DNA from: a virus
DNA: 5,456 bases
Strand: one strand, 5' to 3'
IMG/VR virus record: IMGVR_UViG_3300029928_000117
Location: 1-5,456 of that record
This document shows positions 1 to 3,799 of the stretch, piece by piece; the first letter of the stretch is position 1; each line of letters opens with the position of its first letter. The translations under genes were made by a program, and so were the position numbers. The notes under the pieces are model-generated. The model was not told the origin of the DNA. It worked only from the letters and a program-made list of their open reading frames with translations, and did no database searches.

Positions 1-93
1 GTTATCAATTCTGCAGATGTTCCTCTTGTCTTTCCATGGCGTGCATACAGATTTATTTGGAATGAGTTTTATAGGTTTGAACAGCTTGAGGAA
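1..93. repeat. Terminal redundancy, copy 1. It is identical to 5364..5456 and marks the overlap of a circular 5363-nt genome.
   Basis: Base-by-base comparison by eye: gttatcaattctgcagatgttcctcttgtctttccatggcgtgcatacagatttatttggaatgagttttataggtttgaacagcttgaggaa occurs at both 1..93 and 5364..5456. The reading frame is continuous across the implied junction. Confidence 0.97.
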
Positions 94-1443
94 GAGATAC
101 AGGTTTGCCAGTATTTGAATGCTGGTAACGATGCAGATTCTACTAAGATTTCCAATGCAGATTATGATAAGCTTTTGAAGCGTGGTTGGAGACGTGATTA
201 TTTTACTTCTGCCCTACCCTTCCAGCAGTTCGGTACTAGTCCTGCTTTCCAGCTCGAAGGTGTTTTGCCTGTTGAGTTCTATTACCCTGATACTTCTGTT
301 AATTTGAGTTATCATGTTGATGCTCCTCCTACAGGTAATACTTGGTCTCCTTTTTCTGGTACTGGTACTGTTAATTTTCCTTCTTATTCTAAGCAAGGAA
401 GTATTGATTATACTGTTGATCCTGCGTCTTGGACTTTTAATAGAAAAACTTCTGGTGAGTATAATGGTTCTGGTACTTCTACTGTTCATTTTACTCCTAG
501 GTATCCCGATTTTGCTGTTTGGCAAGATGTTTCTGGTGAGTATAATGGTACTCCTAATTTCAATTATTCTTCTGATGGTGAGATTCAGGGTTCCCGTACT
601 CCTACTTCTACTTTTTCTTTTACTTCTTATCCCAAAGGACGTGTGGATCTAAGAGATGCTGTTACTTTTGATATTTCTGATATTCGTACCAACTTCCAAA
701 TTCAAAAGTGGATGGAAAGAAACGCTCGTGGAGGTGTCCGTTATACTGAGTATCTTCAATCTCATTTTGGTGTCTCCCCTTCTGATGCAAGGCTTCAGCG
801 TCCTGAGTTTGTTGGTTCGTTTAGGTTGAATTGGATTGTAAGTGAAGTTCTTCAGACTTCGGCAACTCAAGATGGCAGCACTGCACAAGGTAACCAAGCA
901 GGACAAGCTATTTGTATTGGTTCTGGATCTCTCGGTACTTATAAGGCTTATGAGTTTGGTTATTATATGATAATGGCTTCAGTTATTCCTAAAGCCCAGT
1001 ATCAGCAAGGTTTGCCACGTTGGTTGTCTAGACGTACACGTTTTGATTTTTATTCGCCTGAGTTTGCGCATTTGTCGGAGCAAGCTGTTTTGAATAAAGA
1101 GCTTTTTGTCTCTGGTAACACTGAGACGGATAATGATATTTTCGGCTTCCAAGGAATCTGGAATGAGTTAAGGTATCTGCCTTCTCGTGTGTCGTATCAT
1201 ATGAGGTCTGATGCTCCAGATTACAGTTTTGATTATTGGCATCAAGCAAGGTTCTTTAGTACTACTCCGATTTTGAACAAGGAATTTTTGGAGATAGGTT
1301 CTACTGATTCTGGAAAAGCTGAGCTGATGCGACCTTTTGCTGTCCAGGACGAAAACCCGTTCATAATGCACTTTGGTTTCAACCTGAGAGCCAATAGACC
1401 TATCCCTTATTTGGCAGAACCCGGTCTTGTTGACCACTTCTAG
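1..1443 (+). CDS. VP1: Major capsid protein VP1, C-terminal 480 aa. The 5' part lies at 4938..5363. The full gene is join(4938..5363,1..1443), 1869 nt, 622 aa.
   Basis: - Frame +1 is open from base 1. Codons 1..114 read VINSADVPLVFPWRAYRFIWNEFYRFEQLEEEIQVCQY without a stop, so the TTG 'start' at 115 in the track is an artefact.
- Hallmark microvirus capsid motifs: IRTNFQIQKWMERNARGGVRYTEYLQSHFGVSPSDARLQRPEFVGS.
- Strong preference for T at third codon positions, typical of ssDNA microviruses.
- Stop TAG at 1441..1443. Confidence 0.95.
   Translation, partial: VINSADVPLVFPWRAYRFIWNEFYRFEQLEEEIQVCQYLNAGNDADSTKISNADYDKLLKRGWRRDYFTSALPFQQFGTSPAFQLEGVLPVEFYYPDTSVNLSYHVDAPPTGNTWSPFSGTGTVNFPSYSKQGSIDYTVDPASWTFNRKTSGEYNGSGTSTVHFTPRYPDFAVWQDVSGEYNGTPNFNYSSDGEIQGSRTPTSTFSFTSYPKGRVDLRDAVTFDISDIRTNFQIQKWMERNARGGVRYTEYLQSHFGVSPSDARLQRPEFVGSFRLNWIVSEVLQTSATQDGSTAQGNQAGQAICIGSGSLGTYKAYEFGYYMIMASVIPKAQYQQGLPRWLSRRTRFDFYSPEFAHLSEQAVLNKELFVSGNTETDNDIFGFQGIWNELRYLPSRVSYHMRSDAPDYSFDYWHQARFFSTTPILNKEFLEIGSTDSGKAELMRPFAVQDENPFIMHFGFNLRANRPIPYLAEPGLVDHF
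355..633 (+). repeat. Diverged triplicated coding module inside the VP1 variable insertion, plus an exact 19-nt direct repeat.
   Basis: - Three copies of a 12-13-codon module:
  - 355..390: SGTGTVNFPSYS
  - 469..507: SGTSTVHFTPRYP
  - 598..633: TPTSTFSFTSYP
- Exact 19-nt repeat ttctggtgagtataatggt at 450..468 and 531..549. It encodes SGEYNG twice, 27 codons apart. Confidence 0.8.
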
Positions 1444-1508
1444 TTAGAATTAACTAGGTGTCTAGTAAGAATTAACTACACTATCCGTAGTGTAGTTAAT
1501 GTTAACTA
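1441..1508. repeat. Cluster of four TTAACTA motifs (three direct, one inverted) directly downstream of VP1.
   Basis: - tagtNagaattaacta occurs at 1441..1456 and 1463..1478 (15/16 identical, 22-nt period).
- The inverted copy tagttaa is at 1493..1499.
- A further direct copy ttaacta is at 1502..1508. Confidence 0.75.
1471..1500 (+). other. Perfect hairpin with a 13-bp stem and a 4-nt loop, in the VP1-downstream intergenic region. Candidate complementary-strand priming site or mRNA 3' stabiliser/terminator.
   Basis: attaactacacta (1471..1483) is the exact reverse complement of tagtgtagttaat (1488..1500). The loop is tccg. No T-run follows, so it is not a canonical intrinsic terminator. Confidence 0.6.
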
Positions 1509-1586
1509 TTACGCTATATGTGGTGTATCGTTGATTCATCCCGATGGCATGTTTAAAACAAATTTCACATTTTGAGGTAAATACTT

Positions 1587-1994
1587 ATGAACGAAACAAT
1601 TACTTATTTGAGGAAGCATTTTAGAGCTATGGAACAAGGTGAAATCCGTGGCGAAGAGCCTTCTAGCACTCCTTCTCTAGTAGATAAGAGAGGTTATTTG
1701 TCATTAAAGAAACAAGTGGAGCGTGCTTTGCAAGCTGGTCAGCGTCTTGAGGCTTATCGACGTGGTGAATATGCGATCTCTGATACAGATGGCTTTGTAG
1801 AGCCTTCTCCGATAGATCAAGTTGTTGATCCTAGCGTTGATATCCCGATTATCGCGTCCGATCTAATTACCAAAGCTGAGCAAGTCCAGAACGCGAATAG
1901 CGATGACGGCGCGAAGCAGAGTCAGAGCAATGAGCAATCTGGAACTTCTCAGCCAGCAACTGAAGGCGTTGAGCCTGAAGGCGCTAGCAAATGA
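1587..1994 (+). CDS. Hypothetical 135-aa protein with an acidic, disordered C-terminal half. Possible internal scaffolding protein (VP3-like).
   Basis: - Start signals: ATG at 1587 with GAGGT (1574..1578) 8 nt upstream.
- T-ending codon preference over most of its length.
- Location immediately after VP1, in a genome that otherwise lacks a scaffold candidate.
- Charged helical N-terminal half (LSLKKQVERALQAGQRLEAYRRGEY), then a Pro/Asp-rich segment and a Ser/Gln/Glu tail.
- I do not see the ECDIN-type motif I associate with classical gokushovirus VP3, so the function is tentative. Confidence 0.45.
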   Translation: MNETITYLRKHFRAMEQGEIRGEEPSSTPSLVDKRGYLSLKKQVERALQAGQRLEAYRRGEYAISDTDGFVEPSPIDQVVDPSVDIPIIASDLITKAEQVQNANSDDGAKQSQSNEQSGTSQPATEGVEPEGASK

Positions 1995-1996
1995 GA

Positions 1997-2019
1997 TGGA
2001 GCTACTCGATGTAGCTCCA
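1997..2019 (+). other. Hairpin with a 9-bp stem and a 5-nt loop, 3 nt after the stop of the 135-aa ORF.
   Basis: tggagctac (1997..2005) pairs perfectly with gtagctcca (2011..2019). The loop is tcgat. Confidence 0.55.
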
Positions 2020-2089
2020 GCGAAGAGACTGCTGGTAATGCCCTTTCTACAAGCGACAGCATACCAGCTTTCGACTGTCAACTGGCTCT

Positions 2090-2111
2090 CGCGCGTGCGC
2101 GTGCATGCGCG
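2090..2111 (+). other. G+C-rich hairpin that is also a 22-nt perfectly alternating pyrimidine-purine (Z-DNA-prone) tract.
   Basis: - Sequence: cgcgcgtgcgcgtgcatgcgcg.
- 2090..2098 pairs with 2103..2111 (8 Watson-Crick pairs plus one G.T). The loop is gcgt.
- Strict Py-Pu alternation over 11 dinucleotides.
- It sits in an otherwise A+T-rich genome and is followed by an A/T-rich stretch. Confidence 0.6.
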
Positions 2112-2116
2112 GTTAA

Positions 2117-2140
2117 TATATCTTGATAATTATTATGCCA
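2117..2140 (+). promoter_or_regulatory. Candidate Rep nick site / viral-strand origin core (tatatCTTGATAATTATTATgcc).
   Basis: - CTTGATA at 2122..2128, followed by an A/T-rich run.
- This resembles my memory of the phiX174 origin core, CAACTTG^ATATTAATAAC (7-nt identical core, 11/15 over CTTGATA plus 8).
- It lies in the largest non-coding region, next to the GC hairpin.
- Weak on its own, because CTTGAT also occurs at 3946, 4100 and 4397. Confidence 0.25.
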
Positions 2141-2209
2141 GTTGACACGACTTATGGAGTCGTAAGACTGGAACGTATTTTTGACATCGTTCCAAAAAGG
2201 AGTAAAAAA

Positions 2210-3157
2210 ATGAGTTTTGATATAAATCCGTATATATCTGGTGCTGGTGCTTTGGCTGGTTTTGTGCAAGGTCAACAGAATCTTGCTTTTCAGAAAGAAC
2301 AGTTTGCTTATCAAAAAGAATTGCAAAAACAGATTTTTGAGCGTGAAGATAGTGCAGTTCAAAGAAGAGCTGCAGATTTGCAAAAAGCTGGCTTATCAAA
2401 GACTTTGGCTGCAGGTGATTCCGCTAGTGCTGGATCTGTTGTTAATACTACTGCTCCGCAGAATGATACTATGGCTCGTGTTATAGAAGGTATATCCATA
2501 GCTAAGGCTTTTTCAGAGGCTAAGCAAGCAGAGGCTTCGGCTTCTAATGAGGTTAAGCAAGGTAATCTGATTGATGAACAAGTTAAGTCTCAGGCTACTA
2601 ATCGTGCTTATACAGAAGCTCGTACACTTTTGACTACTGGATCTTATGAGATGCTTGGTATTCAGAAGCAACAGGCTGAAGCTATGATTTCAAAGGCTAA
2701 TGCAGAGACTGATTCTATAATGTTAGGAATGGGTTTTACTCGTGCGCAGATAGAGAAAGCTAAAGCTGAAACTGACTATATTACTGCACAAACTACTTCT
2801 GTTAATAATACTAATTCTTTGTTTGGTTTGCGTGAGGAAAATTTGAAGTTGCAGAATGAGCAATTGAGATTGTCCAATTTAGGTCAAGGATGGTCTAATA
2901 AGTTGTCTGAAGCTAGGTTGATTGCACAACAGAATGATAATGACGCTTTTAGTGTTCGTAAGGAATTGATGGAAGCTCAGTTAGCTGGACAACTTCTTGA
3001 CAATTCTCGACAGCGCATGGAAAATGTTTATATGAACTCTTTCGGTCAGAAGATGGGTACATCCACTAATAGTATGTGGGAAAAGTTTTTTGGTTCTGGT
3101 GAGAAAGGACTTGCTGTGGCTGTTGGTGATAAAATGTATAAATGGAGAGGTTATTGA
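2210..3157 (+). CDS. VP2: Minor capsid / DNA pilot protein VP2 (phiX174 H-like), 315 aa.
   Basis: - Start signals: ATG at 2210 with AAGGAG (2197..2202) and a 7-nt spacer. The track's upstream TTG at 2123 has no SD and lies in the intergenic region.
- The N-terminal region FQKEQFAYQKELQKQIFEREDSAVQRRAADLQKAGLSKTLAAG matches the conserved VP2 pattern (...AvQR...DlkaAGLNP.La).
- The rest is a long Ala/Gln/Glu-rich helical protein with internal KA.AETD.I repeats, consistent with a coiled-coil pilot tube.
- Stop TGA at 3155..3157. Confidence 0.85.
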   Translation: MSFDINPYISGAGALAGFVQGQQNLAFQKEQFAYQKELQKQIFEREDSAVQRRAADLQKAGLSKTLAAGDSASAGSVVNTTAPQNDTMARVIEGISIAKAFSEAKQAEASASNEVKQGNLIDEQVKSQATNRAYTEARTLLTTGSYEMLGIQKQQAEAMISKANAETDSIMLGMGFTRAQIEKAKAETDYITAQTTSVNNTNSLFGLREENLKLQNEQLRLSNLGQGWSNKLSEARLIAQQNDNDAFSVRKELMEAQLAGQLLDNSRQRMENVYMNSFGQKMGTSTNSMWEKFFGSGEKGLAVAVGDKMYKWRGY

Positions 3158-3158
3158 T

Positions 3159-3278
3159 ATGTCTTCTACTCTATCGGCTTTATCAGTTTTGTTTGTTTGT
3201 GGTTTGTGTTCATTAGGTCTTGGTTATTTGTTGTATCGTGCAATAATTAACATTATTCGTGAGATTAAAAAGAAATAA
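3159..3278 (+). CDS. 39-aa single-pass membrane peptide (MSSTLSALSVLFVCGLCSLGLGYLLYRAIINIIREIKKK). Candidate lysis or membrane-targeting protein.
   Basis: - Start signals: ATG at 3159, one nt after the VP2 stop, with GGAGAGG (3144..3150) upstream.
- One hydrophobic helix followed by a basic tail.
- T-ending codon preference.
- The track's 62-aa version (from 3090) overlaps VP2 and lacks an SD. Confidence 0.6.
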   Translation: MSSTLSALSVLFVCGLCSLGLGYLLYRAIINIIREIKKK

Positions 3279-3353
3279 GTACGCTATGGATAGTGTGGAT
3301 TCGTTAATTGACATATTATCCATTATATCCAAAATAATAGTTTCGGAGGTAAT

Positions 3354-3563
3354 TTGTTGAATCTTAAAGAGTTATTAGAAAATAGCCATTTCTCTAATTC
3401 TTTAAAAAAGAATTGGCGTAAAATTAGTTTTGTTTTTGCTAGTGTGCTGATTCTCGTATGTCTTTGGTGCTGTTATGGCTGTCAAGGACTCGCTAATGCC
3501 AACGGCGATAATAATCAGATTGTAATTTCAAAGGAGCATTCTAATGTATCGCAGGAAGCGTAG
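3354..3563 (+). CDS. 68-69-aa membrane protein with a Cys cluster (KKNWRK-ISFVFASVLILVCLWCCYGCQG...). Function unknown.
   Basis: - There is no ATG in the ORF. TTG is at 3354 and 3357, and GGAGG (3345..3349) is 7 nt from the TTG at 3357, which is therefore the more likely start.
- The layout is a positively charged segment, a ~20-residue hydrophobic helix, then CCYGC. This is signal-anchor or lipoprotein-like, but the lipobox is non-canonical. Confidence 0.5.
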   Translation: MLNLKELLENSHFSNSLKKNWRKISFVFASVLILVCLWCCYGCQGLANANGDNNQIVISKEHSNVSQEA

Positions 3564-3582
3564 AAGAAGAAGGAGACGATAA
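3544..3582 (+). CDS. 12-codon poly-arginine mini-ORF (MYRRKRRRRRRR). Either a remnant or duplicate of the N-terminus of the J/VP8-like DNA-binding protein, or a short coupling ORF.
   Basis: - Start signals: ATG at 3544 with a perfect AAGGAG (3531..3536) and a 7-nt spacer.
- The stop TAA (3580..3582) abuts the next ATG (TAAATG).
- At 12 aa it is shorter than any J-type protein I know, and its purine tract also supplies the SD of the next ORF. Confidence 0.3.
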   Translation: MYRRKRRRRRRR

Positions 3583-3738
3583 ATGTGTTCTCTTGGAGAA
3601 AATTTTGGTGTATGTCGTGCTGAGGTCAAGATGATTTTGGCTTCATGTCGTTATAGAGATTATAAGCGTGATGGTTATTGTGATTTCCAAGCGCGCTGGA
3701 ATGCTAAGAGGTGTTTGCGTGAGCAGAAGAAGGCATAG
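3583..3738 (+). CDS. 51-aa basic protein with Cys at residues 2, 11, 22, 33 and 44 (MCSLGENFGVCRAEVKMILASCRYRDYKRDGYCDFQARWNAKRCLREQKKA). Function unknown.
   Basis: - It is below the size cut-off of the supplied track; I found it by manual translation.
- Start signals: ATG at 3583 with AAGGAG (3570..3575) and a 7-nt spacer.
- 26 of 51 codons end in T, matching the bias of the bona fide genes.
- Stop TAG at 3736..3738. Confidence 0.45.
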   Translation: MCSLGENFGVCRAEVKMILASCRYRDYKRDGYCDFQARWNAKRCLREQKKA

Positions 3739-3799
3739 AAGAAGAAGAGCTAGAACTTCTTTTAATTATCGTGTTAATCGTGGTGGTATAAGATTGTGA
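3701..3799 (+). CDS. Small Arg-rich DNA-binding / packaging protein (phiX174 J-like, gokushovirus ORF8/VP8-like), 32 aa. An alternative start at 3671 would give 42 aa.
   Basis: - Manual translation: MLRGVCVSRRRHRRRRARTSFNYRVNRGGIRL.
- An Arg run plus a C-terminal RGGIRL is the pattern I recall for microvirus DNA-binding proteins.
- The stop TGA (3797..3799) abuts the Rep ATG (TGAATG), which suggests translational coupling.
- Neither ATG (3671 or 3701) has a good SD.
- The ORF overlaps the 51-aa ORF in another frame. Confidence 0.6.
   Translation: MLRGVCVSRRRHRRRRARTSFNYRVNRGGIRL

Noticed and set aside
314-652. A 112-aa extremely hydrophobic + strand ORF overprinted in VP1 (MLMLLLQVILGLLFLV...). 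It is superficially reminiscent of the phiX174 E lysis gene embedded in D.
   Set aside because: This is the expected by-product of VP1's strong T3 codon bias. T3 places T at the middle position of the shifted frame, which gives Leu/Phe/Ile/Val codons and suppresses stops. There is no SD before the ATG at 314, and the product is hydrophobic throughout rather than having a defined TM domain plus tail. It would deserve a look only if the frame is conserved in relatives. The same logic applies to 2241..2486 inside VP2.
214-1437. Minus-strand ORFs inside VP1 (214..525, 649..906, 1028..1249, 1168..1437).
   Set aside because: They are antisense to a very well supported capsid gene. Their translations are low-complexity (R/S/I/N-rich), they have no SD-start context, and Microviridae express a single strand.
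2123-2209. The upstream extension of VP2 from the TTG at 2123, as given in the ORF track.
   Set aside because: There is no SD before 2123. By contrast, AAGGAG plus a 7-nt spacer precedes the ATG at 2210, and the conserved VP2 N-terminal region starts right there. The extension would also read through the candidate ori and hairpin region.
1863-2399. ORFs 1863..2081(-), 1903..2145(+), 2078..2383(-) and 2133..2399(-).
   Set aside because: - 1863..2081(-) and 1903..2145(+) lie in the G+C-rich island, where stop codons are rare by composition.
- 2078..2383(-) and 2133..2399(-) are antisense to the intergenic region and VP2.
- None has an RBS or recognisable motifs, and the + strand one runs through the structured intergenic hairpins.
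3090-3158. The 62-aa version of the small membrane ORF, starting at 3090 inside VP2.
   Set aside because: The internal ATG at 3159 has a GGAGAGG SD and sits immediately after the VP2 stop. The upstream part has no RBS and overlaps VP2 out of frame.
2142-3338. Perfect TTGACA hexamers at 2142..2147, 2181..2186 and 3308..3313, as possible -35 promoter boxes.
   Set aside because: - I could not find a convincing -10 at 16-18 nt for any of them.
- The best case is TTGACA-19 nt-AATAAT at 3308/3333, which would start transcription inside the downstream SD.
- For 2181 the SD lies in the spacer.
- They may still be promoters, but the sequence alone does not support a call.
3286-3360. A 24-aa ORF (MDSVDSLIDILSIISKIIVSEVIC) in the 3279..3353 spacer.
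   Set aside because: There is no SD, it is very short, and it overlaps the SD and start of the next ORF. It is more likely non-coding leader or promoter DNA.
3561-3747. The 12-nt direct repeats tagaagaagaag, read as target-site duplications of a mobile element.
   Set aside because: The repeat is essentially (AGA)n Arg-codon low complexity. The 175-nt interval has no transposase, no inverted repeats and no hairpin ends. I keep the split/duplicated-gene observation as a finding but reject a transposon interpretation.
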